DNA of 64,000 nucleotides from Nanobdellota archaeon (GCA_021807125.1 JAKAPK010000001.1:54354-118353); one strand, 5' to 3'. Shown: positions 53,707-62,680, counted from the first letter of the stretch. Made by a program: numbers and translations. Notes: generated by a model not told the origin, from the letters alone.

Positions 53707-55422
53707 ATGAGATCTCCGATATGCGCGTTCTTGGGGCACGTCGACGCGGGAAAGACGTCGATAATGGACGCCATAAGAAACACAGCCTTTGCATATAAAG
53801 AAACCGGCGGGCTTACGCAAAACATAGGTATAACTGAGGTCCCTACAGATAGGATAAAGAAGATATGCGTCGAACTTCTGAAGAAACTTAACATTGCGAT
53901 AAAGGTGGACAGCGTAATATTCATTGACTCGCCCGGACACGAAGCTTTTGTTACCTTACGGGAACGTGGTGCGTCAATAGCGGATATAGCAATACTTGTA
54001 ATCGATGTAACAGAAGGGGTACAAAGACAGACTATAGAATCGATAGACATCTTAAAGTCCTATAAAACCCCTTTCATAGTTGCATTGACAAAGATAGACC
54101 GCGTTGACGGTTATATAGATAGAAAAGACATTTCGTTCATAGACTTCATGTCAAAACAAAACAGAAAATACTCAGAAAACCTCGATGCGGCCATATATAA
54201 GATGGCCGGAGAATTATCAAATTATGGTTTTCAGGCAGAAAGATATGATCGCGTCATAGATTTCACCAAACAGATATCGATAGTCCCAGTGTGTGCCGTG
54301 AACAATATTGGCATACAGGATCTTATTGTCATGCTGATAGGTCTTAGTCAGAGATACATAGACTTGAATAAACCCGCAGGCGACGAGGCAGCAATACTGG
54401 AAGAAAAGCAATTAAAAGGCATGGGTAAGGCGTACGATGCGATAGTGTATTCCGGCAGAATAAGCGTAGGGGACAAGGTAGTGATACAGAAAAAAGACAT
54501 GATATCAGAAACAAAAGTGAAGGCGATGTTCAAACTTGTTCCGATGGAGGAAAGCCGCGAGAATTTCGGGACGTATGAGAGTATAAAATCAGCAAGCGCC
54601 GCCACTCCGATAAGGCTTATACTACAGGACTCCGAAGTCTTGATAGGGACTTCAATATCTGTATTCCATAACGAGCAGGAAAAGAACAGGATAATCGGAG
54701 CCCTAGAAGGAGTAACAAAAGGTTACAATGATGAAAAAGCCAAGGGGATAGTCATTTGTGCGGATTCGATAGGCAGTATAGACGCGATAAAGAAGATAGG
54801 AGGAGCAAATTCCATACAGATAGGCATGACGAGGCTAGGCGAACCGACAAAACGTGAGATAACAACGGCCAAACTAAATGAGAAGGTAATTTTGTGTTTT
54901 AATGTGCCTATCAGCAAGCAGATAGAGGAGCTCTCAGCCATCGAAGGAGTAACGATAATAAGCAGCAACTCGATATACACAATATTCGAGAAGTATAACG
55001 AATTCAAATCTGCATTCAACAAGGAAGTCATTAACGACAAGACATCGGATATGACACTGCCCGCCGAGTTTGTGTTCATAAAGAGCAAGGTTTTCAGGCG
55101 GTCAAATCCATGCGTCATAGGCGTTGAGGTTCTTGCCGGCGAGATAAGGCCAGGCTATAGGGTAATAAATCATAAAGGCGCAAATTTGGGCAGAATACAG
55201 GAGATACAGGACGACAAAAAGAAATTGGATTCTGCAGTAAAGGGACAAAAGGTTGCGGTTAGCATAGACGATGCCGTGTATGACAGGAACCTATTTGATG
55301 GAGAGGTTCTTTATACAGACGTAAGCCTGCCAGACATAATTAAATTCGTAGACGTGAAGGGGATGTTAAGCGATGACTATAACGATGCGCTGCAAAAGAT
55401 ACAAAAAATAAAGCGTATTTAA
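53707..55422 (+). CDS. infB: Translation initiation factor aIF5B (IF2 family GTPase)
   Basis: 571 aa. G1 GHVDAGKT, G3 DSPGHEAF, G4 TKIDR, followed by beta-barrel and C-terminal domains. Confidence 0.9.
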   Translation: MRSPICAFLGHVDAGKTSIMDAIRNTAFAYKETGGLTQNIGITEVPTDRIKKICVELLKKLNIAIKVDSVIFIDSPGHEAFVTLRERGASIADIAILVIDVTEGVQRQTIESIDILKSYKTPFIVALTKIDRVDGYIDRKDISFIDFMSKQNRKYSENLDAAIYKMAGELSNYGFQAERYDRVIDFTKQISIVPVCAVNNIGIQDLIVMLIGLSQRYIDLNKPAGDEAAILEEKQLKGMGKAYDAIVYSGRISVGDKVVIQKKDMISETKVKAMFKLVPMEESRENFGTYESIKSASAATPIRLILQDSEVLIGTSISVFHNEQEKNRIIGALEGVTKGYNDEKAKGIVICADSIGSIDAIKKIGGANSIQIGMTRLGEPTKREITTAKLNEKVILCFNVPISKQIEELSAIEGVTIISSNSIYTIFEKYNEFKSAFNKEVINDKTSDMTLPAEFVFIKSKVFRRSNPCVIGVEVLAGEIRPGYRVINHKGANLGRIQEIQDDKKKLDSAVKGQKVAVSIDDAVYDRNLFDGEVLYTDVSLPDIIKFVDVKGMLSDDYNDALQKIQKIKRI

Positions 55423-56240
55423 GGCCAATTCTTCAGCGCCTTTTCATAAAGTTGCATGTTGTCGCAAGGCAGCCATTTCCCGCTGCACAGAAAACCGTTC
55501 AATTTGCCTTTTGTCGCAAGTTTCTCGAACAAACCTTCCATTGAAGATTTTCCTTCAGGTATAAGCGACACTATCAGAGGATTTAAAATGTAGATACCTG
55601 CGTTTATAAGATGGGTGCTCTGCATTCCAGTCGGTTTTTCCACGAATTTCGTTATTTTGTTTCCTTCCATCTCAACAGCACCGAACTGTGAAACGTTGTC
55701 TGTAGTAGTGAGCGCTATCGTTGCAAGGGACCTGTTCTTTTTGTGGAATTCGTACATCTTGTCTAGGTCGAAATCAAAAAGATCGTCTCCGTTTAGCATG
55801 AAAAAATCGTCATTGAATAGATTTGATGAAAGTCTAAGCGGACCGGCAGTACCAAGTGGAACCTTCTCTTCAAGGTATTTTATAGAAACACCAAATTTCG
55901 CCCCGTCTCCGAAGTAATCTCTTACCTTTTCGCCAAGATAGCCAACAGATATGACTATATCAGAAACCCCTGCTTCCTTGAGTTTATTTATCGCATACTC
56001 CATTATCGGTTTTCCTTTTATAGGCACCATCGGTTTTGGAAGTTCGTATGTGAGCGGCCGCAGCCTTATACCTTGCCCCCCAGCGAGTATGAACGCTTTC
56101 TTGATGCTTTTAGGAGAAAAACGCTCCTTCAATATCCTTTCTATCGCATTAGATCTGTTTAGTATATTTTCTCCATCGACTATCGAATCTAGCTCTTTAA
56201 GAATCTGTGGATTTAAACTTATGGTTATACGGGTTTTCAT
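55419..56240 (-). CDS. Ribbon-helix-helix domain fused to a sugar-1-phosphate nucleotidyltransferase
   Basis: 273 aa. Residues 1-40, MKTRITISLNPQILKELDSIVDGENILNRSNAIERILKERF, fit an RHH (CopG/Arc) pattern. They are followed by ILAGGQGIRLRPLTYELPKPMVPI (GxGxRL NTP-transferase signature). Confidence 0.75.
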   Translation of the reverse strand: MKTRITISLNPQILKELDSIVDGENILNRSNAIERILKERFSPKSIKKAFILAGGQGIRLRPLTYELPKPMVPIKGKPIMEYAINKLKEAGVSDIVISVGYLGEKVRDYFGDGAKFGVSIKYLEEKVPLGTAGPLRLSSNLFNDDFFMLNGDDLFDFDLDKMYEFHKKNRSLATIALTTTDNVSQFGAVEMEGNKITKFVEKPTGMQSTHLINAGIYILNPLIVSLIPEGKSSMEGLFEKLATKGKLNGFLCSGKWLPCDNMQLYEKALKNWP

Positions 56241-56261
56241 ACTGAGTATGATACAATCATA

Positions 56262-57419
56262 CTATTTATTACTTTTAGTTTTTGAAACCAGTCTTTCTAC
56301 AAGCGCGTCAAATCCCTTTATGAACCTCTTCTCGTCGTATTTTTCGGATTTTATAGCGCCTTTAACAAGTTTTGAATAGATTTTCTTTTCCGTTATCTTT
56401 ATCATTGCATAAGCCAGAGACTCTTCGTCTGCATCTATGACCACCCCATTACGTCCATTCTCAACGAATTCCTTCGGCCCGCCTTCATTAACGCATATCA
56501 CCGGTTTTCCGTACGCTAAAGATTCGAGAGGCACTAAGCCAGTATCCTCATTCATCGCAAGAAACAAAGTAGCGTAACACCTCCTGTATAGCCGTGATAT
56601 GCCTTCGTTCGAAAGATCCGTTTTTATTTCTATTGAAGGATTTCCTCCAGCGGCCTTTTTTACTTCTTCCAGATATTTTTGATCCTCAACGAAACCGCCG
56701 ACTATGAGTCTGAAGCCTTTTTTGTCCAGTCCGGATCTAAGGAAACCCTTTACAGCCAACACTTGCCTCTTATATCTTGTGAACCTGCTAGCGTAAAAGA
56801 AATATTTGTCGTGTACGCGGCTAGGTCCTATTCCGTTATATTGTATGCTTGGAAGTATACTAAATATTCTATTCGATTGCATTAGACCGTACGATTCTAT
56901 GCGTCTTCTAACTTCGTTGCTGTAAACAAATGAGTAGTCTATTTTTTTCCACGCGCCTCTCTCTAAAAGCCGATAAATAGGGATTATTAGAGGAAGTAGC
57001 ATCCGGTACTTTATGTTACTAGCTCTGTAATAGTCATACATGGAGTGGGCTATCCTAAGAGGGGTGTGAGTTATCGCGATCACAGGTACTTTAGGACTGT
57101 TTCGGTACACTATTAACTCCGCTAAGCCACCAGTTGAGATTATAAACAAATCATAATCTTTCAAAGGGATTTTTGTCGTGAGCATGTTATAAAACAACTT
57201 GAAACCTCTCATAAGCATCGAGCCGCTAGAACTTCCATTGAGTTCCTTTACGTTGAATTTCTTGAACTCTTTGAAGGTATTCTCTTTGTTATAAGTGAAA
57301 GTGTAAATGTCTATCTTGTGCCTGCTGTTCTTCAGGATGCTCAACATGGCACGCTCCACTCCGCCCTTGCTTTTTATCCACGGTACAAAGACAGCGATCT
57401 TCAATCGTTTTTTTATCAT
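56262..57419 (-). CDS. Glycosyltransferase, GT4 (GT-B fold)
   Basis: 385 aa. C-terminal EDTGLVPLESLAYGKPVICVNEGGPKEFV (E-x7-E region). Confidence 0.8.
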   Translation of the reverse strand: MIKKRLKIAVFVPWIKSKGGVERAMLSILKNSRHKIDIYTFTYNKENTFKEFKKFNVKELNGSSSGSMLMRGFKLFYNMLTTKIPLKDYDLFIISTGGLAELIVYRNSPKVPVIAITHTPLRIAHSMYDYYRASNIKYRMLLPLIIPIYRLLERGAWKKIDYSFVYSNEVRRRIESYGLMQSNRIFSILPSIQYNGIGPSRVHDKYFFYASRFTRYKRQVLAVKGFLRSGLDKKGFRLIVGGFVEDQKYLEEVKKAAGGNPSIEIKTDLSNEGISRLYRRCYATLFLAMNEDTGLVPLESLAYGKPVICVNEGGPKEFVENGRNGVVIDADEESLAYAMIKITEKKIYSKLVKGAIKSEKYDEKRFIKGFDALVERLVSKTKSNK

Positions 57420-57706
57420 GACATATCACACGTATAATTTAACTCGCAGTGTAAGCACATATTATGATGTCCTTCCGATTCCAGACACCATCCCGTTGAA
57501 GCCGAAATGTCCAAGGATGTTTCTTTCCGTTCTTTGTTCGTTTCCAGCTTGGCATATACACCGTCAACATATTACTAATTTATCTTTCATACGTTTATAG
57601 TTTCTTGTTCTTCTTGTCTTGTATAAGAGTGGCATGTGCTCGCCGTATACTCCGATTCTGATGGACGACACCCTAGATGATTTTCCTTTTTAAATAACCA
57701 AAAGTT

Positions 57707-60118
57707 CTACGACACAGTCTGCCAATAAGTTACATTTCTGACCAGGGTGTTATTCGTAAAGGCAGTGATCTTATATGTGCCAGCCGATAGGGTGGAAGTA
57801 TACATTGTTTTATTAATCGATAGGCTCTTTACGACTAGTCCATTCAAAGTTATCCCCACATAGCCATAAGGAAGAGTAGCAGTGAAGTTTGAGGCCACGC
57901 CGCCTGCTATGGAACTGTTTCCGTCCAGCACGCCGTTCAAATATAGGTAAGTCTTTCCCACTCGCCCTGAGGGCATTACGCCGTTAGGGGGGAAATCCCG
58001 TATCCTTGCCCATTTTAATGTCATCGCAAAGCCTCTCGTGCCGCCGGTATTTGTGAATTCCACGTAATTGTCAGCGGTAGCCGGCGCCTGCGCTTCTGAC
58101 TGGAGAGCATATTCCTTCGACATATTTGAATAGTTCAGAGAGTATACCGCATTTTTCCCATTGTTTGAAACAGTGAATAGATCTGGCGTATTATAAGCTA
58201 CATTGTAGTGGGTAGATGTAACGGAAGATCCGGAAGTAGTGTACCCCCATGAATAATTAGAGGTATACTGTGAAAGCCATCCATTTGCAGCATAATTTGC
58301 GCTGCTAGTCGGGTTTGAAGAATAATAAAGTCCATTGACCGTATAAGATCGTTTTGCAGCTTCGGTAAAGTTGCCGAGCCAGTCAAGCGTAGTGTTAGCC
58401 CCGAAATAAGAATTTGAATCAATGAACTCATTAACACTCGTCGATGCGGGAAGGTACACCCCGTGGTTTATGGTGACACTGGCACTTGTCCAGCCACTCG
58501 GCGCAGAGGGACCAGTAAAATTGCTGTATAATAGGTCAAAAACACTAGCGCCATCGTCATATTCGCCATAAATGGGCGATAACAGAGCAGATTCACCAGT
58601 CGTTAGTTTGTTGAAATCGTTCAAATTTGGATTCTGTATGACCATGAAGACGGTCTTTGTACTTAAAGCCGGTATCGTACCCACTTTCAGCCAGTATAAA
58701 CTGCTTTTAGATGCATTAGAGCCACCGTGCTCCAGCCACGAATCGACTACCGAGCCGTTCGGCCACATGAAATAAACGTTTGTGAGGCTCTTACTCTCTG
58801 CGTAACCGTATGCGGACGAGTTTATTGTCACATTCTGCTGAAAATCGGACAGAGTGGGAACATTTTGCGCGTTAGCAAAAGTTATTGGCAGCATCGGATT
58901 CCATATATGCAGAACTCTCGCTATAGAAGAAGGCGTATAATTCTGGTTGCCGTTTGTAGACAGATTGTAAAGATACGAACCCATATAAGTTTTGCTAGCT
59001 GTTCCCGAAAGTATGTTTTTATATATCAATGAGTTATTTATCGACATGTTTGCAAAGAGCTGGTTATTTACCGTCGTTATGCTGAACGTAGTCGTCCTAA
59101 GTACTCTGTTGAAAGTCGTGTTTTGACTTTGGGGAAGCGTCAAAGTCAGTATAGGGACAGCTTTATCTATTGTCTCCCAAAAAGTGATGTTGTTCACACC
59201 GCTGAGGTTGCTGAAAGCGGTGACTTTATACGTGCCGGCTGCCCGGAGTACCACATTTGTACTATAATTCTTTGCGAGTGGTGCGACAAGTACACCATTT
59301 ACGTAAATACCGACATATATTTTTATAGTGGAAGCGGTGAAGTTTGCATCCGTCCCGTATACTATGGAATTGTTAACGTCTTCAATACTGTTTAAAAACA
59401 GATTTAGCAGCGGCTTCTTTCCAGGTATACAGCTTGGAGATACAATATTGTACCCAGAAGGTACAATGTCTATCAGGTACGCATTGCTAAAGGAATTCAG
59501 TGTGATGTTGCCGTTAACGGTTCCGGTTGCGCCAGTGCTGAAGAGATAGCTCTGCATCTGTTGTCCAGACGTAGAGAGAACAGTAAGATTGAATTGCACG
59601 TTTGTAAGCACAGAGCCCGAATAATTGTAGAAACTGACTATGTACTGCATCTTGGAATTGTTGTATGTCTTGTATGAGTAATTTATGAATGATATGGGCG
59701 CGTTAACACCTATTTGTACTGCAGACGAGCCGTTGAACACAACGGTTTTAGCGTAAGCTGTGTATACACCAGTAGTAGTCGGTAAAAGCCCTTCAAGATA
59801 GACATTAGCATAACCAACGGCGCTGTGCGAAGATTCGCTTATTGTTATGGAATTCTGGCAGAACAGGCTGCCGCTAAGGTCAAGACTGCCAAATTGAAGG
59901 GGAAATGTCGAGATAGAACCTACTCCCTGGGATGAAACGTAGTTTGCCTCGGATACTATTGTATTAACGATGTTATTCGCTAAATTAGAGGCTGTGTTAT
60001 TATTTATCGCGGATGAATATGCAAAAAGATAATACATAAACGCCGCAATCACAGCCAAGCCTATACCTATGACTATCATGTATTCGGTATAAGTCTGCGA
60101 CTTTCTGCTTTTTCGCAT
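57707..60118 (-). CDS. Large surface protein with a class III (type IV pilin-like) signal peptide, a DUF2341-like domain and a duplicated C-terminal-type module
   Basis: 803 aa. N-terminus MRKSRKS/QTYTEYMIVIGIGLAVIAAF (Q+1, E+5, hydrophobic helix). Residues ~408-500 read PITFANAQNVPTLSDFQQNVTIN...LYWLKVGTIPALSTKTVFMVIQNPN. Asn/Ser/Thr-rich with ~35 N-x-S/T sequons by manual count. Confidence 0.7.
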   Translation of the reverse strand: MRKSRKSQTYTEYMIVIGIGLAVIAAFMYYLFAYSSAINNNTASNLANNIVNTIVSEANYVSSQGVGSISTFPLQFGSLDLSGSLFCQNSITISESSHSAVGYANVYLEGLLPTTTGVYTAYAKTVVFNGSSAVQIGVNAPISFINYSYKTYNNSKMQYIVSFYNYSGSVLTNVQFNLTVLSTSGQQMQSYLFSTGATGTVNGNITLNSFSNAYLIDIVPSGYNIVSPSCIPGKKPLLNLFLNSIEDVNNSIVYGTDANFTASTIKIYVGIYVNGVLVAPLAKNYSTNVVLRAAGTYKVTAFSNLSGVNNITFWETIDKAVPILTLTLPQSQNTTFNRVLRTTTFSITTVNNQLFANMSINNSLIYKNILSGTASKTYMGSYLYNLSTNGNQNYTPSSIARVLHIWNPMLPITFANAQNVPTLSDFQQNVTINSSAYGYAESKSLTNVYFMWPNGSVVDSWLEHGGSNASKSSLYWLKVGTIPALSTKTVFMVIQNPNLNDFNKLTTGESALLSPIYGEYDDGASVFDLLYSNFTGPSAPSGWTSASVTINHGVYLPASTSVNEFIDSNSYFGANTTLDWLGNFTEAAKRSYTVNGLYYSSNPTSSANYAANGWLSQYTSNYSWGYTTSGSSVTSTHYNVAYNTPDLFTVSNNGKNAVYSLNYSNMSKEYALQSEAQAPATADNYVEFTNTGGTRGFAMTLKWARIRDFPPNGVMPSGRVGKTYLYLNGVLDGNSSIAGGVASNFTATLPYGYVGITLNGLVVKSLSINKTMYTSTLSAGTYKITAFTNNTLVRNVTYWQTVS
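57710..57889 (-). repeat. Intragenic protein-level repeat, copy 2 (residues 744-803 of the 803-aa protein)
   Basis: NFTATLPYGYVGITLNGLVVKSLSINKTMYTSTLSAGTYKITAFTNNTLVRNVTYWQTVS aligns with residues 259-318. Confidence 0.6.
59165..59344 (-). repeat. Intragenic protein-level repeat, copy 1 (residues 259-318 of the 803-aa protein)
   Basis: NFTASTIKIYVGIYVNGVLVAPLAKNYSTNVVLRAAGTYKVTAFSNLSGVNNITFWETID. Shared pattern: NFTA...YVGI..NG..V.......T..L.AGTYK.TAF.N.....N.T.W.T. Confidence 0.6.
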
Positions 60119-60177
60119 ATAAGTGGTTGTTTTGCGCGCATTTAAGTTTTATAAGCCGTAACGCCCAAAATAAAAGT

Positions 60178-61224
60178 ATGACGTGGTACATATACACACA
60201 CAAAAAGGATTTGGACGGTATAACTTCTGCCGCCATTATGCAAAGATATCTCGATAAGAATAAGATAGCCGGACATATCGATTTTATAGATTATAGTCCG
60301 CTGGAAGAGTTAATGGAGATATTCGCAGGTGTCACAAAAATCCCAAAGGATTCTACATTGGTCTTAGTGGACTTCGGCGCGAACAAGACGATGGAAAGCA
60401 CCGCGCTAAAAGCATTTGAGGAGTTGCACGATAAAAACGTTAAAATATATTGGCTTGACCATCACACGTGGGACACAAAGTTTAAAGATGCTCTATCTAA
60501 ATACGCGGAGATAACGATTTCGGGCTCAAAAGAGCATTGCGGCGCCGAGTTGACTTACGCTAAGTTCATGCACGATGACAGTATTTCGGAGGGATTGGCA
60601 AAATTAGGAAGGGATGCGGACTTAGATATGTGGGAAAAACAGCCGCCGTTTCCAAATTTCGGTTTAACGGAATGCTTGGGAAACGTCATAACATACTATA
60701 ATTATATATCGAGGGGAGACATCAGAAAAAGACAAGAGCTTTTATTTTATATTGTAAAGAAGCTTTCAACGGCAAGTTTGGAGAGAATATTGACAAAGGA
60801 CTTTAAGAACCCTTTTTTGGACGAGCGACTGAAAGAGGACTATTTCGCATACAAGAGACTGGAGGAATCCGAACTCAGAAAATGCGTAGATTCCGCAGAA
60901 AACGTTAAATTTGGAAAGTATAAAGTAGTATTAGGTTTTGCAGAGCCGATAATTTCGACGACGATATCCGGAAGAAACTTAATATCACGTTACAATGCCG
61001 ATGTCGCGATAGTTCTAAGCGAATACGGCTCTTTTGGGATAAGGCGCAGTAATGAAAGAATAGAGGTAGACTGCGGCGCTATAGCGCGTCTTTTTAATGG
61101 TGGAGGACACGTGTTTGCGGCAGGCGGCGAACTAGGATTCAAGATAAAAAATAAAGAAGACCTTGAAAAAGCGAAAGAGCTTATAAAATCCAGATTAAAC
61201 CCGTTTTTTGCTGAGCATTCATAG
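60178..61224 (+). CDS. DHH/DHHA1 family phosphoesterase, copy 2
   Basis: Starts at MTWYIYTHKKDLDGITSAAIM (DHH motifs I/II), then WLDHH and GGGHVFAAG. The ORF-track start at 60127 adds 17 aa with no similarity. Confidence 0.75.
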   Translation: MTWYIYTHKKDLDGITSAAIMQRYLDKNKIAGHIDFIDYSPLEELMEIFAGVTKIPKDSTLVLVDFGANKTMESTALKAFEELHDKNVKIYWLDHHTWDTKFKDALSKYAEITISGSKEHCGAELTYAKFMHDDSISEGLAKLGRDADLDMWEKQPPFPNFGLTECLGNVITYYNYISRGDIRKRQELLFYIVKKLSTASLERILTKDFKNPFLDERLKEDYFAYKRLEESELRKCVDSAENVKFGKYKVVLGFAEPIISTTISGRNLISRYNADVAIVLSEYGSFGIRRSNERIEVDCGAIARLFNGGGHVFAAGGELGFKIKNKEDLEKAKELIKSRLNPFFAEHS

Positions 61225-61264
61225 ATCTGAAATAGCTTTTATCCTCCAGCAACATAATCAGGAT

Positions 61265-61390
61265 ATGTGCGACTGTTGTGAAGAGAGCCCCAACTGCGAA
61301 TGCCATTGCGGCAATAAGACTGCAGGGAATATAAATTCTGCCAGTGGGAAATGCGACAAGTGCGGTCACTATGCCGATCTAGGCAAGTAA
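61265..61390 (+). CDS. Candidate Cys-rich small protein (41 aa)
   Basis: MCDCCEESPNCECHCGNKTAGNINSASGKCDKCGHYADLGK has 8 Cys and 2 His in 41 aa. It is the inner ATG of the 60-aa ORF 61208-61390. No family recognised. Confidence 0.3.
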   Translation: MCDCCEESPNCECHCGNKTAGNINSASGKCDKCGHYADLGK

Positions 61391-61402
61391 ACGAACATTG
61401 CG

Positions 61403-61981
61403 TCACTTACCCAAGACATAGGCAACAATCGACTGCACAGCAGGATACAACTGCGCTATGTGAGTAAAGATAAGAAATGACATAATAAAGGTTATAGCGA
61501 TATCGAAAATCAGAGGCGCAAGATCTATTACAGGTATAAACCAAATCGCTTTTAGCAGTTTATCAGAGAAGTGCTTTACTAAGTGCAATATTATCAACAA
61601 CACAAGTATGTAGTAAGGTACTACGCCTATGGTTGATGACAACAAAGGAGACTTTATAAGAAAAAAGTTTGCGAACACGACAAATGCGTAAGAAATTATG
61701 CCCGGCAGACCTGTTGAAACCATAAGGAATGCAGTCAACAGAGCGGCAATTGATAAAGAGCCAATACTAGCAACGTATACCGTTATTGCCAATATAGCGA
61801 AAGCTGTAACGACTTGTATAAAGATTTTCTTCTGTACAAGGTTCGTCGCTAAAAGAATTATTAGATATCCCACTAACCATACGATGTTTATTCTTGTTAC
61901 AGCATAAATTACAAGTATGATAACGATGCTGGCTGCGTACAAATAATTCAAAAATTTCATATATAGACCGTTGCGATTCAA
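61403..61981 (-). CDS. Polytopic membrane protein, unknown function
   Basis: 192 aa, almost entirely hydrophobic helices. No GxGD or other catalytic motif seen. Confidence 0.55.
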   Translation of the reverse strand: MNRNGLYMKFLNYLYAASIVIILVIYAVTRINIVWLVGYLIILLATNLVQKKIFIQVVTAFAILAITVYVASIGSLSIAALLTAFLMVSTGLPGIISYAFVVFANFFLIKSPLLSSTIGVVPYYILVLLIILHLVKHFSDKLLKAIWFIPVIDLAPLIFDIAITFIMSFLIFTHIAQLYPAVQSIVAYVLGK

Positions 61982-62053
61982 GGAATTAAGCTACGATATG
62001 ATTTAAAGGCGAGCGAAAACCGTTTATTTATTTGATATACTTCTCTTTATAAT

Positions 62054-62572
62054 ATGAAGGTTTTCTCCGGTAGGCGCTTCGATGTAGAGACGAACAAGAT
62101 AATCCTGCCAAACGGCAATGAAATGAATGTGGAGAAAGCACACTCAGCAGAAGTTGCAGTAATATTGCCTATACTTAGTGGACAGGTAATAATGCTGAGG
62201 CAATTCAGGCCGGTTATAGGGAAGTGGATGTACGAATTACCGGCTGGACTTATAGACGCAGGTGAGAAGCCAGTAGACGCCGCCAAGAGGGAGCTCAGAG
62301 AGGAAACAGGGTTTTTGGCTGCAAAAATGCACAGAATTATCGACGTATTCTCGTCCCCAGGTTTCTCAGATGAGCATGTTTATATATTCTTTGCGAGCGA
62401 CCTTAAGGAGGTAGGGCAGGAATTAGAACCGTCCGAAAACATAAAACTTCTAAAAATCCCGATAGATAAAGCGATAGATATGGCTAAAAGCGGAAAGATA
62501 AAGAACGTTCATTCAGTCGCAGCGCTTATACTTTTCGATAAACAAAGAAAGAACAGGGCCGCAAAGCCATAG
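62054..62572 (+). CDS. NUDIX hydrolase (ADP-ribose pyrophosphatase-like)
   Basis: 172 aa. Nudix box GLIDAGEKPVDAAKRELREETGF. Confidence 0.85.
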   Translation: MKVFSGRRFDVETNKIILPNGNEMNVEKAHSAEVAVILPILSGQVIMLRQFRPVIGKWMYELPAGLIDAGEKPVDAAKRELREETGFLAAKMHRIIDVFSSPGFSDEHVYIFFASDLKEVGQELEPSENIKLLKIPIDKAIDMAKSGKIKNVHSVAALILFDKQRKNRAAKP

Positions 62573-62630
62573 TTACATAAAATTTTACCACTATTAATTC
62601 ATAAAATATTAAAATATTCTTTCATAATAG

Positions 62631-62644
62631 AAAGCTTTAAATAC
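62631..62644 (+). promoter_or_regulatory. Putative BRE/TATA element upstream of tfb
   Basis: AAAGCTTTAAATAC lies ~50 nt upstream of the ATG at 62681, followed by AAAAGGTTAC. It mirrors the rpoH upstream region. Confidence 0.45.
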
Positions 62645-62680
62645 AATACTTATTCATAATATAAAAAGGTTACTATATTT

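Noticed and set aside
53662-53940. N-terminal 93-aa extension of the peroxiredoxin ORF (track ORF 53158-53940), plus the antisense ORF 53200-53691
   Set aside because: The extension has no peroxiredoxin similarity, is rich in Tyr/Arg/Cys, and overlaps the aIF5B start region. The internal ATG at 53661 gives a normal-length Prx.
57420-57706. 288-bp intergenic region inspected for a C/D-box sRNA or other ncRNA (ATGATG and CTGATG strings present), and the track ORF 57307-57600
   Set aside because: I could not assemble a C-D'-C'-D arrangement with correct spacing on either strand. The ORF overlaps the GT4 start and has no motif. The region is more likely a promoter/terminator spacer between the pilin-like gene and GT4.
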